DNA of 64,000 nucleotides from assembly GCA_963795855.1 (NCBI GenBank), contig CAWCIZ010000003.1, forward strand, positions 992,001 to 1,056,000, in the 5' to 3' direction. This document shows, piece by piece, positions 43,295-54,385 of this stretch (position 1 is the stretch's first letter; every line of letters starts with the position of its first letter). This stretch comes from Vulcanimicrobiota bacterium. Its GTDB lineage: Bacteria > Vulcanimicrobiota > Vulcanimicrobiia > Vulcanimicrobiales > Vulcanimicrobiaceae. Below the pieces are notes generated by a model, which was given only the letters and a program-made list of their open reading frames with translations, searched no databases and was not told the DNA's origin. The translations under genes were made by a program, and so were the position numbers.

Positions 43295-44138
43295 CGAGGA
43301 TCTCGGCGAGCCGTTCGAAGCTGGTTTCCCAACCCGTCGCGGTATTCGCGCAGCCCTCGGCCGTGGCGAAGCGTTCCTGCCGTAATGTCACGCGCGTACC
43401 GTTCGCGGTAGGTTCCAGCGTGTAGGTTACCGTCGTAGGCGCCGCCGGCGTGCCGGCAAGATGCCACGTGTGAACCAGGCGCGTCGGCGCTTCGATTTCG
43501 AGGAATTCGCCTTCCAGCGTGTACGGATTTCCGCCGCCGATTCCGCTTGCGGTCCAGTGTCCGCCCACCCGAACGTCTCCCTGCCATTCGCGCGTGTCGA
43601 AAACTCCCGGCCTTACCCACCAGCGCGTAATTTCATCCGATGCGAGCGCGTCGAATACGCGTTGCGGCGGCGCGGGAAGCTCCGCGGTCGTTACGAGCGC
43701 GCCGGAGAGCCCGTGCAATTTGTCGAGCATCGACGTCCAGCCGTGCGCGTGATTCGCGCGCGATTCATCGGAGGACAGGCGCTCGTGCGTGAGTATCAGT
43801 TCGCTTCCGGATGGATGCGGATTGAATTCGACGGTCAGCAGCGTTTCGTGCTCTTCCGCCGGACTGGCTTCTTGCCACCGCCAGGTCATCGAGAGCCGGC
43901 GGCCCGGCACGACCTCGCGGTACGTTCCATAGGCGACGTACGCTTCGTTTTCGGCCGTGCGCATATCGATGCGGTATGCACCGCCGACCCGCACGTCCAT
44001 CGCGACGTCGGCCACGGTCATACCTTGCGGACACATGAACTGCGCAAGCTGCGGATCCGTCCAAGCCTCGTAAACTTGCGCAGGAGAAGCGGCGTAGACG
44101 CGGCGGATTACCAGGGCCGGCACGCTGTACGTTGTCAT
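43281..44138 (-). CDS. Tandem SRPBCC (AHSA1-like) domain protein
   Basis: Two repeats carrying VYEAWTDP/VFDALASD, DVRVGG and GW motifs. Confidence 0.88.
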   Translation of the reverse strand: MTTYSVPALVIRRVYAASPAQVYEAWTDPQLAQFMCPQGMTVADVAMDVRVGGAYRIDMRTAENEAYVAYGTYREVVPGRRLSMTWRWQEASPAEEHETLLTVEFNPHPSGSELILTHERLSSDESRANHAHGWTSMLDKLHGLSGALVTTAELPAPPQRVFDALASDEITRWWVRPGVFDTREWQGDVRVGGHWTASGIGGGNPYTLEGEFLEIEAPTRLVHTWHLAGTPAAPTTVTYTLEPTANGTRVTLRQERFATAEGCANTATGWETSFERLAEILATPS

Positions 44139-44144
44139 AGCGAT

Positions 44145-44480
44145 TTACTTTCTCGTTTTCGAACGATGCGCCAGAAGCGCGTCCAGGCGGTCGAGCGAGG
44201 CGTTCCAATAGGCACGCTGCTTGTCGATCCATTTCGATGCCGACTCCATCGCGCCGGGTGAAAGCGTGCACTGATGCACGCGTCCGAAAATCTCCCGGCG
44301 AAGCAAACCCGACTCTTCGAGCACGCGCACGTGCTTGGAAACGGCCGGTTGCGAGATAGAGAACTCGGCGGCGATTTGGCCGACGCTAAGCGGGCGGTGC
44401 GCCAAACGTTCGACGATGCGGCGCCGCGTCGGATCGGACAGCGCGGCGAAGACGCGATCGAGCGGACAACTATTAACCAT
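44145..44480 (-). CDS. ArsR/SmtB family regulator
   Basis: FAALSDPTRRRI, SQPAVSKHVRVLEESGL. Confidence 0.92.
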   Translation of the reverse strand: MVNSCPLDRVFAALSDPTRRRIVERLAHRPLSVGQIAAEFSISQPAVSKHVRVLEESGLLRREIFGRVHQCTLSPGAMESASKWIDKQRAYWNASLDRLDALLAHRSKTRK

Positions 44481-44503
44481 AAGGTTATATAACCATACGG
44501 CTA
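44474..44503. promoter_or_regulatory. Probable ArsR autoregulatory operator
   Basis: Tandem imperfect palindromes TAACCATAAGGTTA and TAACCATACGGCTA overlapping the start codon. Confidence 0.65.
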
Positions 44504-44544
44504 AATATCCGCGCCGTCAAGAGCGCCGGCGTTCTCGGAGATCG

Positions 44545-45441
44545 CTAGGGCGTTGCCGTGCCGGTGCCCATCGGCACCGGGTCTTGCCGCCGTTCCACCA
44601 GCGCCGAGCGCAGCATCGTTATTGCGGTGTAAATGACGACCGCGGCGACCAACCAGCGCAACGCGCTGACGTTCAACGATTTCACGATGTACGCCGCGGC
44701 GAGAACGCCCGGTACGCCGCCGATGGTCAGGCCGAGCGCCGCGCGCAGTGTGTAGGCGTCGAACTTGATGAAACGCCAACTGGCGACGGGCATCAGAAAC
44801 GCGCAGGAGCCCATCATGATGGGAAATGCGGCGATCGGGCTCATGCCCAGCAGCGCGACCATGATCATCGCGGGCGCATACAACCCGATGCCGATCGTCA
44901 TGAGCGCGCCGAGCACGAAGTTGCCCGCTATGCCGATCCCGAGCAGCGTGCCGCTCAGACCGAGCGCGTTTCCGCCGCCTTGCAAGACGTTCAAATTCTT
45001 CATGATGAAGAAGATGCCGGCGGCTACGAGCGCCAGGCCCATGCCGATTTGTACGTACCGCCTGGGCCACTTCGCGACGACGCCCGCACCGAGCCAGGCG
45101 CCGGCGATCGATGCTGCAATGAGCAGCACGAGCGTGAGCGGCGCGACGTTGACGATTGCGATGAAGATCAGGGCTTCGGCGATGGTCGGCAGTGCGTGGC
45201 CGACGTTAAGCGTGCCGGGAATGCGTTCGTCCGGGACCAACTTCCAAAACTTGAACATCGACGTCGTCGGCGCGAACGAACCGATGCCGAGCGTATCGAA
45301 AAAGTCGGTGATGAATCCGACGCCCAGCTCGAGCGGTTTCGGCAGCGCGAATCCGCGGCGTTTCATCTCCGCGGCCCAAACTGCGATATAGACGACGGCG
45401 AAGACGCCGAGCAGAATGAGGAGAATCGCGTGTACGCTCAT
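44545..45441 (-). CDS. TauE/SafE-like permease
   Basis: TDFFDTLGIGSFA, PGTLNVG, IGIGLYAP, FPIMMGS; multiple TM segments. Confidence 0.8.
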   Translation of the reverse strand: MSVHAILLILLGVFAVVYIAVWAAEMKRRGFALPKPLELGVGFITDFFDTLGIGSFAPTTSMFKFWKLVPDERIPGTLNVGHALPTIAEALIFIAIVNVAPLTLVLLIAASIAGAWLGAGVVAKWPRRYVQIGMGLALVAAGIFFIMKNLNVLQGGGNALGLSGTLLGIGIAGNFVLGALMTIGIGLYAPAMIMVALLGMSPIAAFPIMMGSCAFLMPVASWRFIKFDAYTLRAALGLTIGGVPGVLAAAYIVKSLNVSALRWLVAAVVIYTAITMLRSALVERRQDPVPMGTGTATP

Positions 45442-45449
45442 GGCTTCCC

Positions 45450-46631
45450 TTACGCTGCAGCCGGCGTGCAGACCTCGCCGAACACCGTGTGCCCGCCGAC
45501 CATGGTGCCGATGACGGTGAACTCCTCATCCCAAAACGACAGATCGGCGCGAAGCCCCGCGCCGATGCGTCCGAGTTCGCGGTCGAGCCCGAGCAGTCTG
45601 GCCGGCGCGTGCGTCGCGGCGACGATCGCTTTCGGGAACGGCAGTTCCGTGTAAGCCATATAGTTTCGTACGCCCTCATCCATGCGCAGCGCGCTGCCCG
45701 CAATCGTTCCGTCTTCCGCGCGCATGACGCCGCCTTCGATGTGGTAGCCGGGTCCGGCGGGCGGCATGTTGTCGGTGGCGATGACGATGCGGTGACCGAG
45801 CGTGCGATGCAAAATGTCGACCATCACCGGCGCCACGTGATGGCCGTCGCAAATGACCTGCACGAACGTGCGCGTGTCTTGAATGAACGCCGCCAGGATC
45901 GACGGATCGCGATGGTCGAGCGGCGGCATCGCATTGAACGCGTGCGTGAGCGAACGGAAGCCTAGGCCGATCGCAAGCATGCCTTCGCGGTACCGCGCGG
46001 AGGTGTGGCCGGCCGAACAGATCACGCCGTGTTCCAGAAAGACGCGCGCCGCGTCGGTGGCGCCTTCGATTTCGGGTGCCATCGTGACCATCACGCAGGC
46101 GCCTTTGCACGCTTCCACGAGCGCCCGAGCGTGATCGCGGCTCGCCGGAATGACCCACTGCTGCTGATGCACGCGGCGGAATTTCGAATTCAGGAACGGT
46201 CCCTCGAAATGCATGCCCAGACAGCGCGCACCGCGCGGAACGTCTTCTTCCAGTTGATGCGCGGCTTCGACCACCTCGCCGGCTGCGTGCAGCATGGATT
46301 CCCAAGGCGCCGTCATGATGCCGGCAACGAAACCCGTCGCTCCCTGCCGCGCGTATTCGACTGCTGCGACCGGAACCGCGTATCCCTGGTCGCGGTTGAA
46401 CAAGAAATCGCCCGCGCCGTTCGTGTGCACGTCGATGAGCCCGGGCGCGATATGCGTGCCGGGCGGGAGATGAAAATCGCTGGGTCCGTCGGCTGCGAGG
46501 ATTTCGCGGATGCGTCCGTGTTCTACGGCGATGCGTCCGTATGTGGAACTTCCGTCGCCGTGCGCAATGGTTGCGGGGCCGAGGGTAAAGCGGTCGGTTG
46601 TCGGGGAATCCATAATGCCGGAAACGTTCAT
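45450..46631 (-). CDS. nagA: N-acetylglucosamine-6-phosphate deacetylase
   Basis: PGLIDVH, HFEGPF, SAGHT, THAFNAM, ICDGHH, IAGS. Confidence 0.88.
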   Translation of the reverse strand: MNVSGIMDSPTTDRFTLGPATIAHGDGSSTYGRIAVEHGRIREILAADGPSDFHLPPGTHIAPGLIDVHTNGAGDFLFNRDQGYAVPVAAVEYARQGATGFVAGIMTAPWESMLHAAGEVVEAAHQLEEDVPRGARCLGMHFEGPFLNSKFRRVHQQQWVIPASRDHARALVEACKGACVMVTMAPEIEGATDAARVFLEHGVICSAGHTSARYREGMLAIGLGFRSLTHAFNAMPPLDHRDPSILAAFIQDTRTFVQVICDGHHVAPVMVDILHRTLGHRIVIATDNMPPAGPGYHIEGGVMRAEDGTIAGSALRMDEGVRNYMAYTELPFPKAIVAATHAPARLLGLDRELGRIGAGLRADLSFWDEEFTVIGTMVGGHTVFGEVCTPAAA

Positions 46632-49372
46632 TCGCTCTTCGTCTCGCCGGTCCCCATGAGAGAGCGCGGAAGCAAGCGCGAGAGCAAGCCTCGGCGCCGT
46701 TGGCCGGACGGCTCCGCTGTTTTCACGCGCGTCCCCGGCTGCGCGCGCTGCGCGCGCTCCAGCCGCTCGAGCCGGGCCATGTGCTCCTCCGCGTGTGCGG
46801 AAATCGTCGAGACGAGTGCGTCGAGCTCGTTCCAGCCCGCGGGTGCGCGGCGTTCGCGTTTCGCTTGCGCGTATTCCAGCGTCGACACCGTGAACGTCCG
46901 CTGGACGGGTATCGCACGTTCGCGCAGGTACTGCTGGGCGAGTTCCACGACGTGCCGGCGTTCGGACGCCGTTTCGTTGTCCGCCAGCGTGTGCGCGAAC
47001 ATCATCGGCTTGCCGAGTTGCGCGACGCGTTGGTACAGCGCGAGTTCGCGATCGGACAACTGGCGTGAAAAGAGGCAGAGGACTTCGCTCGCCGCGCGCG
47101 CTGCGACCATGCACACGTCTTCGAGCGTCGAATCGCCCGCGTCGAACGCGGGGGCGTGCACCAGTACCAATTCGCGCGGCAATTTCCAAGGCGTGAGAAT
47201 GAGTACCGGATTTCGGGTTGCTTCCTCGAGCGCCTACTCGATTTCGATTTCGAGCCAAGACCCGTCGGGCTGCAGCGCAAATGCGCCTTCCTTCCGCCGT
47301 AACGAACGTGCACCGGAAATGCGATCGCGCCGGCTATTTCATCTGCGAGCACTCTGCGTCCGGCAAACGCGTTGATGAGACTTGATTTGCCGCGGCGCAA
47401 CGCGCCGAGAATCGCCACGCGCCAGCGCTGCGGGCGCAGACCGCGCTCATACGCTTCGCGATCGAACTCCTGGTCGACGTGCGCGCGGCGCACTGCCTCG
47501 GAGCCTGGGTCTGCCACCGCAATTTCTTCGCCGCGCGCGAGAAAACTCTCGACGCGTTCGTCGATCGCTTCGACCAGGCGCTGCATCTCCGTCTTGCGCG
47601 CATGCATGTCGCCGATCGCGCGGCGCGGATCTCCGCCGAGCGCATGCGCCTGCAACGCGCGATCGATGCTGCCCACGGCGCGTCTTGCGCATGCGTGAGG
47701 GCTTCATCGAGGGCCGCTGCATACGTTTCTGCGATGCTGAGATCTTTGCCGCGATTTGCGCGGCGAACGCGGTCATCTCATCGCGAAATTGCGGCCAGAT
47801 GGTTGAGCGAAGATCGGCGGTGAGTTCGCGCTTCATGTACGATCCTTGCGGTGCGGAGGAAAAGCGCGTCGCGATCGCGTGAACCAGCGCGATCGCAGGA
47901 CCGCCGATTGCGTCCAGCACGATCGTCGCGCAGAGCGCGGTTGCCGGATCTTCCGACCACGAGCTGCCGGTTCCGCTCGCGCCGAATGCATCCGCGGCGG
48001 CCTGCCCGAACAAGAAACGCACAGGCAAGCGTGCTTGCACGGCCTGCAGTTCCCGCTCGTAATCCGCGTACACCGCCGCTGAAACTTCCGACGCGAACAA
48101 CGCGACCGTCTCGCCGAGCGTGCGATCGACCAGGATGTGCAGCCGCGCACGATCGCGCAGCCGCGCGACGTCCGCCGTGTCGAACGCCTGCGTGAGCGCG
48201 CGTTCCGATTCTTCGGCGAGCATCTCTCCGCGCTCGCGCACTGCCGATGCCATGCGCGCTGATGCTGCGAGTGCTTTCGAGCACGCTTCCCGCGCGAACG
48301 CTTGCGACTGCGCCAGCTCCGGCTCCGCCGATGCGCGCCGGCGCTGGAGTTCTTCACGGCCAAGCGCGAACATGGCAGCGTCGCGATCGATGGTTTCGAT
48401 GCTGTCGTTTGCCGCGAGCGCAGCACGGTCCCGAGCACGCCGCAGCCGCGCGCGTCCGCTGTTGCGCACGAGCGACGCATCGAGCGCCTCAACGAATCGC
48501 GGAAAACCCGAACGTTCGACCAATGCAGCATCGTTTCGCAGCGTTCCCTCGACGTACCGGCGTGCGGAAAGCGCGTACACGTACGTCCCCGGTGCGTGCA
48601 CTGCGGCGAGTTTGGCGATGCGTTCGTATGCCGATTCCCACGCGGATTTGCCGTCGGAAGTCTGATCCCACAAGTCGATTTTCGTCTGCACGACGAAAAT
48701 CGTGTCCAGATGCTGGCGGATGAAGCCGAGAAACGATGCGTCGCCCTCCGTGAACGGCTGCTGCGTGTCGATGAGATACAGCACCGCATCGGCGTTCGGC
48801 AAGAATTGCAGCGTCGCGCGCCGATGCGCGGGATTAATCGAAGCCAGGCCCGGCGTGTCGGCAACGCTGAATCCGCGCCGCAGAAACGGCGAGTCCACCT
48901 TGACCAGCACGCGTGAAGGCGCGTCTTTTTCGTCCTTGACGGCATCGTGCAGCGCGCCGGCGTCGCCCACACTCGCAGCGACGGCTACGAACTGCGAGAG
49001 CCGATCGAGGGGGATGCGTTCGACGCGCCGGTCTTCATGAAAGGCGTAGGCTTCACTCTCGGGCGCGTACTCCAGTTCCGTGATCGTTGCGGTGGACGGA
49101 TTGATATCCGTCGCCAGCAAGCCTACGATCTGTTCGCGCGCTCCGCTCTGCTCGAAGCGGAACTTCCCCAGCAAGGCGTTGAGCAGAAACGACTTGCCGC
49201 TCGAAAATTCTCCGACGACGGCAAGAAGAAACGTCGCGCGTTCCAACCGTTCGCGCGCCGCAGCGACGTCTTTCTGCTGCTCGGGCCCGACGAGCGCTTC
49301 CAGTGCGCGAATCTGCTCGAGAACCGCTAAGCGAGTCTCGTCGTATCGCGCGAGAGCCTCGCGGTCGATCAG
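46628..49372 (-). CDS. Dynamin-like GTPase, probably fused to a second degenerate GTPase domain (frameshifted)
   Basis: GEFSSGKS, INPST, DTPG, TKID; second P-loop GALRRGKS near 47400; a CTG start overlaps the upstream stop. Confidence 0.75.
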
Positions 49373-50718
49373 CTGCGTATGAGCGCGAGCGCCTCGTCCC
49401 GGTGCTGCTCCATGAGGGCCTTGGTATCGCCTTCGACGTTCAGGCGCAGCAGCGGCTCGGTATTCGACGGACGAACGTTCATCCACCAGTGCGGATACGA
49501 AACCGTCACCCCGTCGAGGAAGTCGATCTGCGCGTCCTTGTAGTGCTCCTGGATCTCTTTGAGTTTCGCCGGAATGTCCTTCACGGTGCTGTTGATCTCG
49601 CCGGAACGAAAACGAGTATCGATTGGCGCAATCACTTCACTGACCGGTTTGCCCGCTTCGCTGAAGAGTTCCAAACATTGCATCAGCGCGATCATGCCGG
49701 AATCGGCGTACCAGTTCTCGCGGAAATAAAAATGGCCGCTGTGCTCGCCGCCGAAAATGACGTCCTCTTTGCGCATCGTCGCTTTAATGAGCGAGTGGCC
49801 GACTTGCGAGCGCAACGGGATGCCGCCGTTCTTTGCGATGAGTTCCGGCACGCTGCGGCTGCAAATCAAGTTGTAGAGAATCTTCGTGCCGGGGTGGCGT
49901 TTGAGCGTATTGAGCGCAACGAGCGCCGTTACTGTGCTGCCGTCGACCAAATCGCCTTTTTCATCCACGATGAACATGCGGTCCGCATCGCCGTCGAACG
50001 CCGCACCCAGATCGCAGTGATGTTTGCGCACCGCGGCCTGCAGATCGGCCATATTCTCGGGTTCGATTGGGCTGGCCGGGTGATTCGGGAAGTTCCCGTC
50101 GAGTTCGAAGTACAGCGGCACGATTTCGCACGGAAGATGCTTGAAGACGTGCGGAACCGTTTCGCCCGCCATTCCGTTTCCCGCGTCCACGGCGATCTTC
50201 AACGGTTTGATCTTCGATGCGTCGATGAACGAAAGACAATGCTGAGCGAAGTCGTCGAGCACGTTCACGTGCGTGATGCTTCCGGCTTTCGCCGCTTTCG
50301 GCGGAAGCGTGCCCGAAAGGATTCGATCGCGGATCTCCGAGAGGCCGGTGTCGAGCGAGATTGCCTGCGCGCGGTCGCGCGTGAATTTCATCCCGTTGTA
50401 GTTCGCCGGATTGTGCGATGCGGTGATCATCACGCCGCCGTCGTAACCGAATTTTCCGACTGCGAAGTACAGCGCGTCGGTCGATACCATGCCGATATCG
50501 ACGACGCCGGCGCCTGCTTCGCTTGCGCCGCGTGCAAACGCGTCAAACAGCGTTTCTCCGGACGGCCGCATGTCGCGTCCCACGGCGACGGTTTTCGCCC
50601 CGAGCAGGGGAACGAAGCAGCGGCCGATCTGATATGCAACGTCTTCGTTAAGCTGAGCCGGATAAATGCCGCGAACGTCGTAACTCTTGAAAATTGCCGT
50701 ATTCAACTGCGTTTGCAT
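49369..50718 (-). CDS. Phosphomannomutase/phosphoglucomutase
   Basis: FKSYDVRG, TASHNP, FDGDADR, GEHSGH, RPSNTEP. Confidence 0.95.
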   Translation of the reverse strand: MQTQLNTAIFKSYDVRGIYPAQLNEDVAYQIGRCFVPLLGAKTVAVGRDMRPSGETLFDAFARGASEAGAGVVDIGMVSTDALYFAVGKFGYDGGVMITASHNPANYNGMKFTRDRAQAISLDTGLSEIRDRILSGTLPPKAAKAGSITHVNVLDDFAQHCLSFIDASKIKPLKIAVDAGNGMAGETVPHVFKHLPCEIVPLYFELDGNFPNHPASPIEPENMADLQAAVRKHHCDLGAAFDGDADRMFIVDEKGDLVDGSTVTALVALNTLKRHPGTKILYNLICSRSVPELIAKNGGIPLRSQVGHSLIKATMRKEDVIFGGEHSGHFYFRENWYADSGMIALMQCLELFSEAGKPVSEVIAPIDTRFRSGEINSTVKDIPAKLKEIQEHYKDAQIDFLDGVTVSYPHWWMNVRPSNTEPLLRLNVEGDTKALMEQHRDEALALIRS

Positions 50719-50795
50719 ATTTTTTTCGTTTCGGAGGTGCGGTTGCCTGGACCTAGGAGGCCGGCCGCTCCTATATACCCGGTAGGCGCCAAGGC

Positions 50796-52239
50796 ATGAT
50801 ACGACTGCCGCGCCTGCCCCGGCCGCTATTGCGCGGCGCCGGCACGCTGACTGCGACCGCCATTCTCGGATTCGCGCTCATCATCGCGGTCACTGGCGCA
50901 CTCGTCACGCGTCAGGCTATCAACGTGTCGTTCGCCCAGCAGATGCAAATCGAGCGGGCGCAGCTCACGCTCGAGCGCATGCTGAAAATTCAGCCTGGAC
51001 GAAGAAAATTACGTGCGAGCGTACGTGATAACGCGCGACCCCGCGGACATCGATTCCTACCGCGCGACGAGCTCGCAATTCGACGGGGAACGCGCCATCC
51101 TATTCGGCATCTTGCAGCGCGAGGGACTCGCCGACGCGCTGGGTGCGCTCGAAGATTACGAGATGGCCCACCGCGACTGGCACGTCGAAGTCGCGGATCG
51201 CATGCTGGCGCGTCCCGGCGCGGCCGTGCGTGAGTTGGAAAAGCGCGGTAAAACGCTGATCGACTCTCAAAGCGACGCCGCGCGTTTCATCGAAATGCGC
51301 CTGGACGGGAAGAATCGCGAAGTCCTCGCGTCGACGCAAGAGCAGATCAACAACACGCTGTATCAGCGCATGATCTGGCTGGTCATCTTCGGCCTCATCG
51401 CGATTTTGCTCAACGGTTGGCGCTCGCGCCTTACCAGCGCGCTCGAAGACGAACGTTTGACGACGCAAACGCTGCAGCGCGCCTTCCGGAGCGAACACGT
51501 GCCGCTTCCGAACTGCCGCATCGGCAGCGCGTACGGCGCAGCGAGCAGTCACTTGGCGGTCGGCGGCGACGTCTTCGACGTGCACCGGCTTTCGGATCGT
51601 CTCGGACTCATCGTGATCGCCGACGTAAGCGGCAAGGGCGTCGACGCGGCAGTACTCACGGCGTTCATCAAATTCACGATTCGGGGCATCGCGCTGCGGC
51701 GGCGCGATCCGGGCTTCATTCTGCAGGAATTCAACCGGGCGTTTCCTCGCACGGTGGGCAACCCGTATTTGTTCGTCTCGATGTTCGTCGGCATTCTGGA
51801 TACGTGGACGCTGCGTCTCGATTATGCGAGCGCGGGCCACGACATCGCGTTCGTTCGCCGCGGAAACAACGTCGAACAACTCGCAGTCACCGGCCCGGTG
51901 CTCGGGGTAATGGAAGAGCCGTTCGAGGTGAAGACACTGTACCTGCAGGACGGCGACACCGTCGTGCTTTCGACGGACGGACTCACTGAAGCGCGCGACG
52001 CCGACGGCAAGTTTCTCGAAGTTTCGGGAGCGATGCGGTGGATCGCGGAGGAGAGCGGCGATCCGGCGCACGTCGCGAACCGGCTCATCGAACGCGCTCG
52101 CGCGTACTCGAATCAAAAGATGCGCGACGACGTCGCGGTTCTCGCAATACACGTACAGCGGCCTACCGCGCTTTCGGACAAAGGCGATTCCGAGATCGGA
52201 GACGCCGGCTCCGGCATAGAGGCGGTCGCGGATGTTTAG
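50796..52239 (+). CDS. Membrane PP2C/SpoIIE phosphatase with CHASE3-like sensor (frameshift near 50995)
   Basis: TM-sensor-TM layout; VGGDVFD, ADVSGKG, SAGH, TDGLTEA, DDVAV. Confidence 0.88.
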
Positions 52240-52636
52240 GCGGCTCTTCGTCGCGTTCGTGTTTTTCGGCGCTGCGGTGGCGGCTGCGCTTGCGCAGCAG
52301 TGCCACGCCGAACGCGGCATGCAGATTACGCTCTTCGGCGGCGTGGACGATCCGGACGTGCTAGTCTGGGATTCCCGCGATCGCCTCATCAGCTATGGCG
52401 CCGGATCTGCGGACACCCGAAAATTCTTGCTTCCGCACGCTCTTCTGAATAGCCCCGGAACGCGCGCGGTCGTTCAAGTCTGTATTGGGGGCGCGGTTCA
52501 TTCGAAATTCCGCATGGATTCCGACGATGCGGTGGGCGTGCTGATTCTTAGCGGTAAGTATCGCGGACGCTACGGTTGGGTGAGTTCCTCCGACGTTCGC
52601 GGCAAAGGGATTCCGGAGGCGCAAGAGCCCTGGTGA
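52232..52636 (+). CDS. Hypothetical secreted protein
   Basis: Signal peptide; C-terminal GRYGWV. Confidence 0.6.
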   Translation: MFRRLFVAFVFFGAAVAAALAQQCHAERGMQITLFGGVDDPDVLVWDSRDRLISYGAGSADTRKFLLPHALLNSPGTRAVVQVCIGGAVHSKFRMDSDDAVGVLILSGKYRGRYGWVSSSDVRGKGIPEAQEPW

Positions 52637-53401
52637 GCGGACGGAAACACGCGCAGCGCGCCTGACGCAGAACGTACGATTTCCATCGAAATGCCGTAGG
52701 CACGCTCGAGGAGGTTACACTGCAGCACATCCTGCGGCGGCGCAAATGCGAGCAGTTCTCCGCAGCCCAGCAACAACAGCCGATCCGCGAATTGCGCCGC
52801 CTCATTCAAATCGTGCAGCGCGCACACGACCGTCTTTCCGATCTCGACCTGCGCGCGAAGCAAATGCAAAATGTCGCGCGCAACGCGAACGTCCAGGTGG
52901 CTCGTGGGCTCGTCGAGCAGGAGCACCGGCGCTTCTTGCGCGAGTGCGAGGGCGATCCAAACGCGCTGCCGCTCTCCGCTCGAAAGCGTATCGAAGCGCG
53001 CGGTGTTCGAACGTTTCCACGCGCACCGCACGCAGAGCGCTCGAAACGGCATCGCCGTCGCGCGTTTCTTCGCTCCACTGCCACCAGCGATGGTGCGGAT
53101 AGCGTCCCATCGCGACGACGTCGCGCACCAACAGCCGATCGTTGAAGAGATCGTCGCTCGCGATGTGCGCGATAAGCCGTGCGCGTTGCGCTGCGGAGAA
53201 AGACGAGAACGATCGGCCGTTTACGCGTACGGCTCCGCCGTCCGGGGCGCGCACGCCGGCAAGCGTGCGAAGCAGCGTCGTCTTACCAACGCCGTTCGCG
53301 CCGAGGACCGCCACGAATTCGCCGCGATGCACCGTAAAAGAGGCGCGCGACACGAGGGTTCGGACGCCCGCGCGCAGCGTGAGATCCGAAACCGCGATCA
53401 T
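52570..53401 (-). CDS. Cobalamin/iron-chelate ABC ATPase (BtuD-like; frameshifted)
   Basis: GANGVGKT, LSSGERQR, LLDEPT, LHDLN. Confidence 0.88.
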
Positions 53402-54384
53402 GCGGCGGCAGCTCGCTCTGATCGCAGGTACATGTACAAAAACGCGGGCACGCCTACGAACGCGAGCAGCACGCCGATCGGGATTTCCGTCGGCGGCGCG
53501 ATGGAGCGGCAGAGCGCATCCGCGGCCATGGTGAGCGCCGCGCCGATGAATGCAGACGCGGCGGCGACGTACCGGAAATCCGAACCGACGATGCGCCGCG
53601 CAATGTGCGGAACGATGAGGCCGACGAAACCGACCGTTCCGGATAGCGTTACGGCGCACGCCGTGAGCAGGGACGCCGAACACAGAATGAGCCACTGCGC
53701 GCGGGAGACGTCCACGCCGACGGACGCTGCGCGGACGTCGCCCAGCCGGAGCGCGTTCAACGCCGGAACGCTCACGGCCGCGAGAACGAGACCCGCGAGC
53801 GCATACGGAAGCGCGAAGCCGAGATCGCTCCATCCGCGGCCGGCGAGCGAGCCCGCGAGCCAGCCGATGATCGCCGGGGCCGCATCGGTGGACTGCAACC
53901 GCGTGAGCACCAGCGCGATAATCGCCGAGAAGAGCGATGAAAGCGAGACGCCGGCCAGGATGAGCCGCGTCGCGTCGATGCCGCTGCCGCGTCGCGCAAG
54001 CGCGGCCACCAGTAGCGCCGTTGCGATGCCGGCGCCAAATCCGAGCGCCGGTACCGCCGCCGGTGCGACGCCGGCGGTCATTGCGAGCACGATAGCCACG
54101 GCTGCGCCGGCGCTGACGCCCGTCAAGAACGGATCGACGATCGGATTGCGGAGTAAACCTTGCAGCTGCGCGCCGGCGACGGATAGCGAGACGCCGACGA
54201 GCGCGCCGATTGCGACGCGCGGAAGGCGCAATTGCCAAACGATGGTCGCCACGTCGCCGCCGTTGCGGGGATGCGCCAATGCGGCGAATACTTGCGCGAA
54301 CGCAAGCGGCGTTCCACCGGCGAGCAGGCTCGCGAACATCGCCGCGCACGCGATGCCGAACAGCACCGCAAGCCGTAGCGGCAT
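53398..54384 (-). CDS. FecCD/BtuC-family permease
   Basis: LRLPR, QGLLRNP, GVSAGA, GFVGLIVPH, EIPIG. Confidence 0.92.
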   Translation of the reverse strand: MPLRLAVLFGIACAAMFASLLAGGTPLAFAQVFAALAHPRNGGDVATIVWQLRLPRVAIGALVGVSLSVAGAQLQGLLRNPIVDPFLTGVSAGAAVAIVLAMTAGVAPAAVPALGFGAGIATALLVAALARRGSGIDATRLILAGVSLSSLFSAIIALVLTRLQSTDAAPAIIGWLAGSLAGRGWSDLGFALPYALAGLVLAAVSVPALNALRLGDVRAASVGVDVSRAQWLILCSASLLTACAVTLSGTVGFVGLIVPHIARRIVGSDFRYVAAASAFIGAALTMAADALCRSIAPPTEIPIGVLLAFVGVPAFLYMYLRSERAAAA

Positions 54385-54385
54385 C

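Noticed and set aside
34600..43300. Dense frameshifts suggesting pseudogenes or programmed frameshifting
   Set aside because: The indels hit housekeeping genes, motifs stay intact across frames, and I saw no consistent slippery sites. Assembly error is simpler, so these genes are called CDS.
5540..49372. Defence island made of nuclease, helicase, phosphoesterase and dynamin genes
   Set aside because: The genes are dispersed among core metabolism, match repair families, and show no mobile-element signature or obvious compositional shift.
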